Shown: one piece after another, positions 46,492-56,442 of the stretch | How the letters are laid out: each line of letters starts with the position of its first letter | How positions within the stretch are numbered: the first letter of the stretch is position 1 | Assembly (NCBI GenBank): GCA_035650595.1 | Contig: DASRHE010000009.1 | Location: 86,831 to 150,830, forward strand | Direction of reading: 5' to 3' | DNA from: Terracidiphilus sp. | GTDB lineage: Bacteria > Acidobacteriota > Terriglobia > Terriglobales > Acidobacteriaceae | Length of the DNA: 64,000 nt | Notes under the pieces: model-generated | Databases searched by the model: none | Told to the model about the DNA's origin: nothing | What the model saw: the letters and a program-made list of their open reading frames with translations, nothing else | Position numbers and translations under genes: made by a program

Positions 46492-47826
46492 TTACGCTGA
46501 CTTCAAGAGCCGTCTCTGCAGATCTTCGAGCGTCTGGCCCTTTGTCTCCGGGTAGACGAACAGCACCACCAGGAATTGCACCACCGTCATGATCGCGAAA
46601 AAGATGAATGGTGCCGCCGCGCTCATGGAGTGCACCACCACCGGAAACAACTGCGCGATGATCGTGGCCATGAACCAGTGGCTTCCCGCCCCCACGCCCT
46701 GGCCTTTGGCACGCACTGATGTGGGAAAGACCTCGCCGATGTACACCCAGATGACTGCGCCTTGCGAGACGGAGAAGAACGCGATAAATGTGACCAGCAG
46801 CCAGATCAACGCGCCGGGATGGGAGTTCGTCGCGAAGAGCCAAGCGACACCGGCGAGACAGGTGGCACATCCGGCAGCGCCTATCAGCAGCAGGGTTTTG
46901 CGGCCGGCCTTATCGATAAAGGCCATTCCAACCAAAGTGAACAGAAAGTTCGTAGCGCCGACGGCCATGGCCTGCTGATAACCAGAGATCTGGCTGTAAC
47001 CCGCGGCAGTGAAGATGAAGTTCAGGTAGTAAAGAATTGCATTGATGCCGGCGAGCTGATTGAATGCGCCGATGGAAATGGCGAGGAAAAGTGGAAAGCG
47101 ATACTTCCAGCGAAAGACGGGTTCGTGTGCAACTGCGTGCTCTTGCTTGAGAGCCTCGCGGATATCGTCGAGTTCAGCCTGCGGGTCAGGATCACCCATC
47201 AACTTGAGCACGGCCAGCGCCTCCTCCAATCGATTCTTTGAGGCCGACCAGCGCGGGCTGCGGGGAATGCTGAACAGCAGGATCAGGAAAACCAGAGCCG
47301 GCGCAGCCGACACGCCGATCTGCCACCGCCACTCCGCCGCGCCGAGGTTGAGCGTGCGGATCACGTAGTTCGAAATGTAGGCAACCATCACGCCGAATAC
47401 GACGTTGAGCTGGAAGGCAGCCACAAGCCTTCCGCGCCACTTGGCCGGAGCCAGCTCCGCGATGTACACCGGACCGAGCACAGACGACGCACCGATGCCG
47501 AGCCCTCCGACGAAGCGGAAGAACATGAAGGCGTACCAATTCCATGCGAGGCCGCATCCAAAGGCCGAGCCCAGAAAAAGCGCTGCCGTAATGCGCAACG
47601 TCTCGCGGCTGCCTAGCCGCTGCCCCACCTGGCCCGCGCCTAACGCGCCAATTACCGTGCCTACCAGTCCGATCGCAACCGTGAAACCCTCTTCGTGTGG
47701 GTTCAAGCTGTAGAGTTTCACCAACGCATCGATTGCGCCGGAGATGACGACTGTATCGAAGCCGAAGAGCAGACCGCCCAACGCACCGGTGAGGGTCGCT
47801 CGCATCAAAGGAAAGTTCGGTCGCAT
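46492..47826 (-). CDS. MFS sugar porter family transporter
   Basis: GGLLFGFDTVVISGA, GRRKTLL-like GRKTLLLIGA, PESPRW-like IPRSPRW and PETKG (YPETKGQTLEDL) are sugar-porter signatures. Confidence 0.85.
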   Translation of the reverse strand: MRPNFPLMRATLTGALGGLLFGFDTVVISGAIDALVKLYSLNPHEEGFTVAIGLVGTVIGALGAGQVGQRLGSRETLRITAALFLGSAFGCGLAWNWYAFMFFRFVGGLGIGASSVLGPVYIAELAPAKWRGRLVAAFQLNVVFGVMVAYISNYVIRTLNLGAAEWRWQIGVSAAPALVFLILLFSIPRSPRWSASKNRLEEALAVLKLMGDPDPQAELDDIREALKQEHAVAHEPVFRWKYRFPLFLAISIGAFNQLAGINAILYYLNFIFTAAGYSQISGYQQAMAVGATNFLFTLVGMAFIDKAGRKTLLLIGAAGCATCLAGVAWLFATNSHPGALIWLLVTFIAFFSVSQGAVIWVYIGEVFPTSVRAKGQGVGAGSHWFMATIIAQLFPVVVHSMSAAAPFIFFAIMTVVQFLVVLFVYPETKGQTLEDLQRRLLKSA

Positions 47827-48037
47827 GATCTGATTTCTCTTGAGCTCTCAAGGAATCTTGGGATCTCCGGCAGATCACGGCGCACAACCAGATTGGCAGA
47901 ACGACGTTTGCTGTTCTGGAAAAGCGGCAGGATATCCGAAAACGCCGTTAACCATCCTACAGACTGGGTCCTGAAGCGGCAAACCGCCGAATTTTCCGAA
48001 GATTTGCCGGGCTGAGACCGGTTTCAGGAAGGCGATG

Positions 48038-48613
48038 TCACGCAGGCAGCACGGCGAGGATCCGGCAGCGGCGCTTGTCCGCGGCTCCCCACGCCAGAGG
48101 CATCTCGCTTTCAATGCAGACGCAATCGCCGGCCTCCAACACCTCGTGCAGACCGCCCGCATCGAGACGCAGCTTGCCCTCCAGCACATAGAGCAGCCCA
48201 TTGGTATCGCGCGGGACATTCATCGCCACCGACGAGCCGCCCGGTGGCAGCTCAATCATCTCCGCCCGGATGTGCGAACCCTCGGCATAGTTGAGTGGCG
48301 TCACCTTCACCGACTCGGTGCCGCGCGAGCTCGCTTGCAGATGAGCCTTACGCGTGATCGAGAGCGTGTGGCGCGCCGGCTCGGCAAAAAAGTGGCTCAG
48401 CCCCACGCCGTATACGCGGCAGATGGTGGCCAAAGTTGGCAGGGTGGGAATCATGCGGTCGGTCTCGAGCTTGGAGAGCAACGCAGTGGAGAGGCCCGTT
48501 TCGGCGGCCAGCCGGGAAAGTGTTAACCGCTTCTGGGTGCGCAACGAGCGCAGTTTTAACCCGATGCAGTAAGGCTCCAAAGACCATTGTGCGTACGAGA
48601 CCGCCTTGGGCAT
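48038..48613 (-). CDS. XRE-family HTH regulator with C-terminal cupin domain
   Basis: The HTH is LKLRSLRTQKRLTLSRLAAETGLSTALLSKLETDRMIPTLPTLATICRVYGV. The C-terminal beta-barrel segment is LYVLEGKLRLDAGG...LEAGDCVCIES. Confidence 0.8.
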   Translation of the reverse strand: MPKAVSYAQWSLEPYCIGLKLRSLRTQKRLTLSRLAAETGLSTALLSKLETDRMIPTLPTLATICRVYGVGLSHFFAEPARHTLSITRKAHLQASSRGTESVKVTPLNYAEGSHIRAEMIELPPGGSSVAMNVPRDTNGLLYVLEGKLRLDAGGLHEVLEAGDCVCIESEMPLAWGAADKRRCRILAVLPA

Positions 48614-48979
48614 CCTGAACTCCCTTAGGTTGTGAATTAGTTCTTAAAACAAGTCTAAGTCAAGTCTCCAGGAGGAAACTTCCGTCACGCCGGTACACGT
48701 CAAACTTTAGAAAGTAACTTTGGCCTGCTGCACCCGGCAAGAGCCGGCCATCCGGAAAGAAACGCGCGCGCGCCTCGGCTCACCCAACGCTCGGACGCCT
48801 CACGCGCATCGAAGAGTTTAAGTTCAGCCGTTTCACGACGGACGGGCATGGGCCTTCGCCTACTGAAGGGCTACGGGGCGGAAACGCTCCTGCAGCTTCC
48901 GGCACGAACAGCGGTGTCGCATTCGCTCGACGGCGCGCATCTTCAACTCGTCACAACCGATGGAGAGAAGCATTTCGTT

Positions 48980-50167
48980 ATGATCCAATACTTCCGCCCT
49001 CGCATTCATTCTTTTTTTCGCACGATTTGCTGCGCGCTTGTCCTTTTCAGCGGCTCCTTTCTCGCTGCGCAGACCAATGCAGCGCCGGCGAATCCGTCTC
49101 CGGATATTCTGGTCCTCAGTAACGGCGATACGCTGCACGGCAAGTTTGTCAGTGAGGTCGCTGGCAAGGTCACGTTCCACAGTGATGCGCTCGGCGACAT
49201 CACGCTCTCCTGGGACAAAATCAAAGAGCTGCATACGGCAGAAAAGTTCGCGGTACTCGATAAAAACGTGAAAGTGCGCGGCAAGGAGGGGGCTTCTCAT
49301 ATTCCAGTGGGCACCATCGACGTAACCGGTCAGGCAGTCACGGTACACACGGGAAAACCTGAAGAGGCGCACGTTCCGGCTGCCAACGCACAGTATGTCG
49401 TCGATGAAGCGACGCTCGATACGCAGGCCTATCATGAGCCCAACTTCTTTACTGGATGGAACGGCGCGGCGACGACGGGCGCCACCATCGTCACAGCGAC
49501 GCAAAATCAGTACACCGTTTCGGGAGGTGTGGGCTTGGTACGCACAGTACCCGCGGTGAGCTGGCTGGATGCACGCAATCGCACTTCAGCCGATTTCAAC
49601 GGCTCGTTTGGCAAAAACACTGAGCCTGGAACGCCACCGATCAAAACGGCCATCTTTCATGCCGATGCGGAGCGGGACCAGTATTTTTCTCCACGTTTTT
49701 TCGCTCTCGCGGAGACTGCCTTCGATCACAACTTCGGCCAGAGCCTGGCGCTGCAGTCGGTGTATGGCGGCGGCATCGGCTGGACCGCCCTGAAGACTCC
49801 GAAACGGGAGCTGGACCTGAAAGCGACGATTCAATACGAGAGCCAGCAGTTCCTGGTTACGCCTGGCTCCGTCCCCACACCGAATCTGAACCTGATCGGT
49901 TCCACCTTTTCGGCCAGCTACGTGGATCGCTTCAAGCTGTTGACGCTAACCCAGAATGTCGCATTCATCCCTGCCTACAACACACCGAGCGCCTACTCGG
50001 CCAGCGAAGCGGATACGCTTGCCTTTCCCGCCTACAAGAACCTCAGCTTCTCAATCGGCACGTTAGACAGCTATCTGAACGACCCGCCGACATCAATCCC
50101 GCCCACCAAACCAAACTCATTCCAGTTCACGATGGGCCTGACGTACGCGATCAAGTCAAAATACTAG
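48980..50167 (+). CDS. DUF481-like outer-membrane beta-barrel protein
   Basis: Signal peptide (ATG at 48980), then LSNGDTLHGKFVSEVAGKVTFHSDALGDITLSWDKIKEL (typical N-terminal repeat of the YdiY/DUF481 family, from memory), followed by an alternating beta-strand pattern ending in an aromatic-rich C-terminus. Confidence 0.6.
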   Translation: MIQYFRPRIHSFFRTICCALVLFSGSFLAAQTNAAPANPSPDILVLSNGDTLHGKFVSEVAGKVTFHSDALGDITLSWDKIKELHTAEKFAVLDKNVKVRGKEGASHIPVGTIDVTGQAVTVHTGKPEEAHVPAANAQYVVDEATLDTQAYHEPNFFTGWNGAATTGATIVTATQNQYTVSGGVGLVRTVPAVSWLDARNRTSADFNGSFGKNTEPGTPPIKTAIFHADAERDQYFSPRFFALAETAFDHNFGQSLALQSVYGGGIGWTALKTPKRELDLKATIQYESQQFLVTPGSVPTPNLNLIGSTFSASYVDRFKLLTLTQNVAFIPAYNTPSAYSASEADTLAFPAYKNLSFSIGTLDSYLNDPPTSIPPTKPNSFQFTMGLTYAIKSKY

Positions 50168-50173
50168 GCTGTG

Positions 50174-50199
50174 CGGGGTGCGCTCCATTGCGCGCCCCG
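50174..50199 (+). terminator. GC-rich hairpin downstream of the DUF481 gene (terminator-like, weak U-tract)
   Basis: CGGGGUGCGC-UCCAUU-GCGCGCCCCG begins 7 nt after the stop. A second small hairpin, AAGGC-UUU-GCCUU plus AAAUUUU, lies at 50251-50270. Confidence 0.4.
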
Positions 50200-50622
50200 T
50201 ACGTCATTTGTCGTAATTACCCGCATACATCTTGTAAATGATTAAATAAAAAGGCTTTGCCTTAAATTTTAAGTTTACTCATTTATAACTAGGTAACCTA
50301 TTCAGGATTACTTTGCGCTGGGAAAAATCATGGCGAAGAGCCTTCCAATCTTCAACTTGCGTTGATAATCGCAGGAATAAACAAAAAGACTGGGCTCCAC
50401 TTCGTGTTCACGGAGCGCTGCCAGCACCGCTCTTTCAGAGAGGCTGCAGCCTGTGGAATCCGAAGCGAGAAGCTCAGCCAAGTGTAGGCAGTAGGTCAAT
50501 TTTCCCCGGATGTTGTGAAGCGCGCTCGCGTTTGGCGTGTGCAGGAGAAGCTCCGTCTGCCTTGGGGACGGTGGGCCTTCCGTACGTTCCACGCACAGAG
50601 CACGCGGAAATGCGTTGGATCG

Positions 50623-52404
50623 ATGGAGAAGTTCGACCCGGCGAAAGCCGCTATTGCAGAGAAGGGTTATCAATTTGGCGAGTTCCGTCTGGAGACGAAC
50701 GGAACGCTTTGGCGGGGCGACACCCAGGTTTCCCTGCCGGCCGAGGAGCTTCAGGCGCTACGTCTGCTGCTCGCGCGCCAAGGACAGGTTGTCACCGCTC
50801 TTGAGCTGAAGCAGACGCTATGGGGCGACGAGCCCGTGCCCGCCGACAGCGTAGCGATGTGTCTTGCCTCCCTGCGCAAGAGACTTGAGCCGGAAGAGTA
50901 CATCCAGACTGTCCATAAGCGCGGTTTCCGCTTTTCCGCGGAGACGATGCCGCTTGAGAGCCAGGTGCTCGAGGCGCTTCCGCGGCTGGCTATTTTGCCC
51001 TTTACGACGGGATTCGGTGTTCCCGAGCATCTGGGTCCGGCGATTGCCGACGAGGCCGCAGACCGACTCCGTGCGGCAACTTCCGCATTCGCTCTGGTTC
51101 TTGCCCGCGATTCCGTGTCAGTACTCGCCGGGCGTGGCCTTGCGCCGCGGCAGATTGGCGAGATGCTGAAAGCCGATTTCGTCCTCGCCGGTGATTTGCA
51201 TCTGGTGTCATCCCAATACCGTCTGCGTGTGCGGATGATCAGGGTGACCGACGGCTCCGAGGTCTGGGTGGAAGATCGGCTGGTGGATCGCGCGCGGCTG
51301 GTCCAGTTGGAGACAGAACTGGCCAGGATGATTGCGCTCCGCATCAGTGGAGCAGCGTTGGCGATCTCGGCCTCTGCCGAGCAACACGAAGAGCGGGAAT
51401 CCCGAACCGGGGAGCACGAAGCCTACGAAATTTTTCTGCGCGCCCGTTACGAATGGCAGAGCCTGGAGCGGCATCGTATGCAGGATGCCTTGCAGCAATT
51501 GCTGCGCGTCATCGAGCTCGATCCGGCATTCGTTCCTGCTCGCATCAACCTCGCCTATTTGTCCGTCACTCAGGAACACTTCGGGTTTATGCCGCCCGCA
51601 ATCGCCGCCGATCTGGTGCGACAAGCAGCCGAGCCCGCTCAAAATCTGGATACTCGTTCAGAGACATTGCTGCCTGCGCTCGGATGGATCCAATTGCATT
51701 TCGACAGAGATTTGCCGGCGGCGCTCCGCTCACTGGAACGCTCGGCGCATCTGCCGCACGATCCGTGGATCACGCGCGCCCGCACGATGGTGGCATTGAG
51801 CCGGCACCGCTTTAGCGAAGCGATCGAGCAACTGCTCGCAGCGATTCACGTCGATCCATGGTCGCCGTGGCTGCATGCACGCCTTGCCTGGGCACATCAT
51901 CTCTCCGGCGAAGCCGCGGCCAGTGTGCAACTGGCGCGCACCGCGCTTGACCGTTTTCCGCAACACGAAGGCGGGCAGCTCTACGCAGCTATCATTCTTG
52001 CATTCAACGGTGAGACGAGCCAGGCTCTCGATCTCGCGCAGGGTTTGGTGCAGCGCCAACCGCATCTCGATCCTGCGGCGGCTGTTCACGCCTACGCGTT
52101 GGCGATGGCCGGACGGAAAGAGGAAGCGCGAACGATTCTTGAACGGTTGCAATGGCTAGGACGTGAACGCTACGCCATGAACACGTTTTCTTCCGCGGCG
52201 TATGTAGCGCTGGGCGATCCGGGCATGGCCATGGCCGAACTCAATGCCGCCAACGAAAGACGCTGCCCCTGGTTCTTCCAGATGCTCGCTGACCCGCGGC
52301 TCCGCTCTTTGCGAGCCCGCCCGGATTTCGTTTCCATGCTGAATGTACTTACTGCAATGGAAGCCGAGGGCCAACGGAGTCTTCCGGAGGACTCACCGCA
52401 ATAG
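50623..52404 (+). CDS. winged-helix (OmpR/CadC-type trans_reg_C) DNA-binding protein with C-terminal TPR-like repeats
   Basis: YQFGEFRLETNGTLWRGDTQVSLPAEELQALRLLLARQGQVVTALELKQTLWGDEPV...ASLRKRL...IQTVHKRGFRF is a CadC/OmpR-type effector domain with no receiver domain. The helical-repeat C-terminus is alanine and leucine rich. Confidence 0.7.
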   Translation: MEKFDPAKAAIAEKGYQFGEFRLETNGTLWRGDTQVSLPAEELQALRLLLARQGQVVTALELKQTLWGDEPVPADSVAMCLASLRKRLEPEEYIQTVHKRGFRFSAETMPLESQVLEALPRLAILPFTTGFGVPEHLGPAIADEAADRLRAATSAFALVLARDSVSVLAGRGLAPRQIGEMLKADFVLAGDLHLVSSQYRLRVRMIRVTDGSEVWVEDRLVDRARLVQLETELARMIALRISGAALAISASAEQHEERESRTGEHEAYEIFLRARYEWQSLERHRMQDALQQLLRVIELDPAFVPARINLAYLSVTQEHFGFMPPAIAADLVRQAAEPAQNLDTRSETLLPALGWIQLHFDRDLPAALRSLERSAHLPHDPWITRARTMVALSRHRFSEAIEQLLAAIHVDPWSPWLHARLAWAHHLSGEAAASVQLARTALDRFPQHEGGQLYAAIILAFNGETSQALDLAQGLVQRQPHLDPAAAVHAYALAMAGRKEEARTILERLQWLGRERYAMNTFSSAAYVALGDPGMAMAELNAANERRCPWFFQMLADPRLRSLRARPDFVSMLNVLTAMEAEGQRSLPEDSPQ

Positions 52405-52419
52405 GATTGCGCACGGCTA

Positions 52420-53253
52420 TTATCTTTTGTTGGGCTCACGCTGCAGAACTTCGAGCAGCCTGCGGTCCTCAGGAGTGAGGACTGCGCGTTCCAGCAGGTC
52501 TGGTCGATTCCGTAGTGTCTTGCGCAACTGCTGCTCGCGCCGCCAGCGGCGAATCTGAAGATGATCGCCGTTGAGCAGAACCTCCGGCACACGCAGGCCA
52601 TCAAACTCTGCCGGTCGCGTGTAGTGCGGATAGTCAAGCAGACCACCCGCGCCGTGTTGCGATCGGGGTACTCCCTGCTGATCGGCTGAGATCTCGGAAT
52701 CGGCGACACCAAAGCTCTCGAAGTCGCCAGAAGCCTCATTGCCGAGCACGCCCGGAATCAGACGCATCGTAGTATCGACGACGACGGCTGCGGCCAACTC
52801 TCCGCCGCTCAGCACATAATCACCGATCGAGAGCTCCATATCGCAATAGAGCTCGTTGATGCGTTCATCTACTCCTTCGTACCGGCCGCAGAGCAGAACA
52901 ACGCTATCGAGAGTAGCTAACTCGCGAGCAACGGATTGCGTGAAGGGACGGCCCTGTGCGGAAAGCAGGATGACGCGCGTCTTCTCTTTTTGCTCTTGCG
53001 GGATAGACTGCGCAGTTTTCGCCGGGATGCCCAGCGAAGCCAGTGCCTCGGCGAGGGGCTCGGGCTTGAGCACCATGCCCTCGCCACCGCCGAATGGGCG
53101 ATCGTCGACGGTGCGATGACGATCGTGCGTAAACGTACGCAGATCGTGAGTCTCGATGGTCACCAGCCCCTCGGCCTGCGCACGGCGCACGATGCCGTGC
53201 TCAAAGATGCCTGTGAAGAAACCAGGAAAGATGGTGACGATCTCAAACCGCAT
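52420..53253 (-). CDS. trmD: tRNA (guanine37-N1)-methyltransferase
   Basis: MRFEIVTIFPGFF...HDLRTFTHDRHRTVDDRPFGGGEGMVLKPEP...LLCGRYEGVDERI...SIGDYVLSGGE are canonical TrmD motifs. Confidence 0.9.
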   Translation of the reverse strand: MRFEIVTIFPGFFTGIFEHGIVRRAQAEGLVTIETHDLRTFTHDRHRTVDDRPFGGGEGMVLKPEPLAEALASLGIPAKTAQSIPQEQKEKTRVILLSAQGRPFTQSVARELATLDSVVLLCGRYEGVDERINELYCDMELSIGDYVLSGGELAAAVVVDTTMRLIPGVLGNEASGDFESFGVADSEISADQQGVPRSQHGAGGLLDYPHYTRPAEFDGLRVPEVLLNGDHLQIRRWRREQQLRKTLRNRPDLLERAVLTPEDRRLLEVLQREPNKR

Positions 53254-53273
53254 ACTTCCCGATGATAACGGTG

Positions 53274-53915
53274 TTATTCCGATGCGTTCAGATCTGCGAG
53301 TCCTTCCGGTAGAGCCATCTCGATGCGCTTTGCCTCAAGATCGATGCGGCGCAGATAGCTCTTGGCGAACGGGACAAGGACCTCGCCGCGCGGGCCACAG
53401 ACGATGAGCATCGCCACCGGACCCGAGCCGAGGTCAACGTCTTCAATCAGACCGACGGCGCTGGGCTCGGCCGGGGTGGTGTCGACGAGGGTGCAGCCGA
53501 TCAGATCGCTAATGTAGGTTTCGTCCCCGGCGAGCGGAACGCGCTCAGTTTGCGGGATTGCCACAGCGAGGCCGCTGAGCGCTTCGGCCGCCGAGATGGA
53601 GTCCACGCCGGCAAAGTGCAGCACAATGCCGCCCTTGTGCTGCCAATGCGCGAGCAGGCGAACCGGAGCCGGCAGAGCGGGGCGAAGAGCAGTCTGCACC
53701 TTCGGCGCGGAATTCGCCGCAGCTCCGGCAACGAGCCAGAGCTTGCGCCGCTCGGAGAATTTTTCAGGAAAGTCGGTCAGGAGATCGGCGAAGACTTCAC
53801 CACGGCGTCCCTGCGGGCGGCGGATCAGGGCCAGCCAGGCCCAGGCGGCTTCAGGCATTTCAGACGCAGTCATTACGGCAAAACCAGAGAAAACGTGTCC
53901 TTTAAGATTATCCAA
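53274..53915 (-). CDS. rimM: 16S rRNA processing protein RimM
   Basis: RPQGRRGEVFADLLTDFPEKF (the RimM N-terminal GxxGEv motif) plus a PRC barrel region. Operon position between the KH gene and trmD. The true start may be the ATG at 53873. Confidence 0.8.
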   Translation of the reverse strand: MDNLKGHVFSGFAVMTASEMPEAAWAWLALIRRPQGRRGEVFADLLTDFPEKFSERRKLWLVAGAAANSAPKVQTALRPALPAPVRLLAHWQHKGGIVLHFAGVDSISAAEALSGLAVAIPQTERVPLAGDETYISDLIGCTLVDTTPAEPSAVGLIEDVDLGSGPVAMLIVCGPRGEVLVPFAKSYLRRIDLEAKRIEMALPEGLADLNASE

Positions 53916-54030
53916 GGTCGCCGCTCCTTGGGGTCGCGTCGACTTGAATGCCCCGGCTTCGGGATACAGCGTCTCTGTTTTTGCTATAGCAGCTCCGGAA
54001 TGCGCCGGCAGCTCGGAGCATGAACATGCT

Positions 54031-54300
54031 CTATTCTTCGTCGCCCTCTTCCAGGATGTCGAGGGTATAACGATGGTGCAGCTTCATGCTGACAGCACCG
54101 AGAATGGTGCGCACAGAGCGCGCCGTGCGCCCCTGCTTGCCGATCACCTTGCCTACGTCCTGCGGCGCGACACGAAGCTTAAGGACAGTGTTATCGTCTC
54201 GGTCCACCGATTGGACCTCGACGGCTGACGGCTCATCCACCAGGGCTCGCGCGATTTCGCGAACCAGTTCCTCGACTTGGACCATATCAACCTGGGTCAT
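54031..54300 (-). CDS. KH domain RNA-binding protein (YlqC/UPF0109 type)
   Basis: VAPQDVGKVIGKQGRTARSVRTIL (GxxG KH motif). Conserved position between rpsP and rimM. Confidence 0.75.
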   Translation of the reverse strand: MTQVDMVQVEELVREIARALVDEPSAVEVQSVDRDDNTVLKLRVAPQDVGKVIGKQGRTARSVRTILGAVSMKLHHRYTLDILEEGDEE

Positions 54301-54451
54301 GTTCTTGCCCCTGACCTGCTGCGTTGCCAAATTGTGGAATTGGCACTGTGCGCGAATAGTATCAGCACACGTACCTCGCCGTCAGCAATTCTCTACATCT
54401 TTCCCGCCCGGCATGCCGGAGACGGGAACGAGAGGGGGATGAGTGGGGAGA

Positions 54452-54724
54452 TCAGGCAGCAGCCGTAGCTGCGGTCTCGCCGTTCGCCAGGGCCGGATTC
54501 TTGGCGAGCAGTTTTTCGACGGTCGGAGTGAGCTGAGCGCCCACGCCACGCCAATAAGCCACGCGCTCGTGCTTCAGGTTCACCGTTGCTGGACTGGTGC
54601 GGGGATTGTAGGTGCCGACGACTTCAATCGAACGGCCATTGCGGGCGCGGTCCTTCTCAATAACCACGATGCGGTAGTAAGGCTGCTTACGGGCGCCAAC
54701 ACGCGCCAGGCGAATCATAACCAC
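54452..54724 (-). CDS. rpsP: 30S ribosomal protein S16
   Basis: MVMIRLARVGARKQPYYRIVV...GTYNP aligns to the E. coli S16 N-terminus MVTIRLARHGAKKRPFY. Confidence 0.9.
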   Translation of the reverse strand: MVMIRLARVGARKQPYYRIVVIEKDRARNGRSIEVVGTYNPRTSPATVNLKHERVAYWRGVGAQLTPTVEKLLAKNPALANGETAATAAA

Positions 54725-55044
54725 GGGAACACATTCCTTTCCAAAAAAGCTTCAGGTCGTTTGGGGTCTTTTGGGCCGGCGCGAAGGCGCCCGGCACTGC
54801 AACCGGCCAGACAGAGATACCCAGCCGCGCAAGACGCAACATCTAAGTATCGCCGAAAATGGGGTTTTGAAGCAAATCTCCGCGGCAGAGTGCGGTCTGA
54901 GCCCCATGGTCGGGCGATCCACTCACCGGAAGCCGGACCACTTGCCCGACTGCTACAGTATCAAGGCGTCGGGAACATTCCTTCGGAGCCTGCGGGGGCA
55001 GAGCTGCATCCAAAGACTGATTCCACAGTAGAACGCGCAAACGA

Positions 55045-55755
55045 GTGAACCGCGAATATCACAAGTGGCATTCGAGCCGTCTGCGCCGGGAGATGGAACT
55101 GCTCGTCTTCGGTCACACAGGGCTGCCGATCGTGGTGTTTCCCACCTCGGGAGGGCGGTTCTTCGAATTCGAGGATTGCGGTATGGTGGGCGCGCTCGCC
55201 GGTCGCGTCGAGAGCGGTGATCTGCAGCTCTATTGTGTCGACTCGGTTAACTTCGAGAGCTGGTATAACCGGCGGATTGCTCCGCGTGCGCGCATCGCTC
55301 TGCAAACGCACTATGAAGAATATCTGCTCCATGAAGTGCTGCCGCTTCTCCGGCAAAAGAACGGCGATCCTCGCCTGGCAGCGCTGGGATGCAGCTTCGG
55401 AGGATACCATGCCGCCAATATCGCCTTCCGGCATCCTGATCTGTTCACCGGTATGGTTTCACTATCAGGTGCATTCGATTTATCCGGCTTCCTGGACGGC
55501 TACTCCGATCAGGACTGCTACTTCAATCTGCCCACGTACTATCTGCCCAATCTGCATGATCCGTGGTATCTCGAACGGTTCCGGCAAAACCGGTATGTGC
55601 TGGCAACCGGCTGGGACGACCAGTGCCTGGAGCAGAACCGGAATCTGCATCGCATTCTCGAGTCCAAGGAGATTCCGCACCGGTTTGAAATCTGGGACAC
55701 ACGCAACTCGCACGACTGGCCCACATGGCAACGCATGGTGCAGGAATATTTTTGA
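55045..55755 (+). CDS. esterase family alpha/beta hydrolase (putative esterase, PF00756-like)
   Basis: LLVFGHTGLPIVVFPTSGG... plus the nucleophile elbow GCSFGG (GxSxG). Size ~236 aa. Confidence 0.65.
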   Translation: MNREYHKWHSSRLRREMELLVFGHTGLPIVVFPTSGGRFFEFEDCGMVGALAGRVESGDLQLYCVDSVNFESWYNRRIAPRARIALQTHYEEYLLHEVLPLLRQKNGDPRLAALGCSFGGYHAANIAFRHPDLFTGMVSLSGAFDLSGFLDGYSDQDCYFNLPTYYLPNLHDPWYLERFRQNRYVLATGWDDQCLEQNRNLHRILESKEIPHRFEIWDTRNSHDWPTWQRMVQEYF

Positions 55756-55805
55756 GACTGACACGTTGACGATAAGTAGCGACAGGATTTTAAGGAGGAG
55801 ACGCA

Positions 55806-56288
55806 ATGAGTACAGCCAATCCGTATGAAAGTTTTCTGGATGGCAGGCCGGTGGAAACGATTCTTGCCTCAACACCCGGCGCGTTGGCCGAGGCGCTTGC
55901 GGCGATCGGCGATGACAATCTTTCCACTCCGCCTGCCCCGGCAAAATGGAGCGCTGCGGAGATCATCTGCCATCTTGCTGACTGCGAGCTGGTCTTCGGC
56001 TTCCGGCTGCGGCAGACGCTCGCAGAAGACAAACCCACTCTTCAGCCCTTCGATCAGGAAAAATGGGCCGCAACCTATCGCGGCGTGAGCGCCGGTCATG
56101 CGCTGGAGGTGTTTTCAGCTCTGCGTGGTTGGAATCTGCGGCTGCTCGAAGATGTATTGCCGGCCGCGGCTAACCGGCCGACCTTTCATCCTGAGCGCGG
56201 CGTCATGACCTTCCAGACGATTGTGGAGACGATGGCCGGCCATGATCTGAACCACCTGGGGCAACTGCGGCGCATGGCATCTGCCTAA
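55806..56288 (+). CDS. DinB-family (DinB_2) four-helix-bundle protein
   Basis: WSAAEIICHLADCE...MAGHDLNHLGQL is the His triad pattern typical of the DinB superfamily. Confidence 0.7.
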   Translation: MSTANPYESFLDGRPVETILASTPGALAEALAAIGDDNLSTPPAPAKWSAAEIICHLADCELVFGFRLRQTLAEDKPTLQPFDQEKWAATYRGVSAGHALEVFSALRGWNLRLLEDVLPAAANRPTFHPERGVMTFQTIVETMAGHDLNHLGQLRRMASA

Positions 56289-56442
56289 GCGAATTGCGCG
56301 CGGGCCGCGTCGAAAGATTGCGGCACTTCGGGAACCTTTTTGCGCCTTGCGTGGTCCAAGTTAGTAGCGCTTTTCCTGCACGAATCGCCAGTGCCGTTTG
56401 ATTGTCAAGGGAACGCCCTCTTGCGGCCCTCCAGGAGAATGT

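Noticed and set aside
54725-55044. 320-nt region upstream of rpsP examined for SRP RNA, 6S RNA or an ffh remnant
   Set aside because: No SRP domain IV consensus (GGAA...AGCA symmetric loop context) or 6S-like long bulged helix could be traced by eye. The CCGG-CUU-CCGG hairpin alone is not diagnostic.
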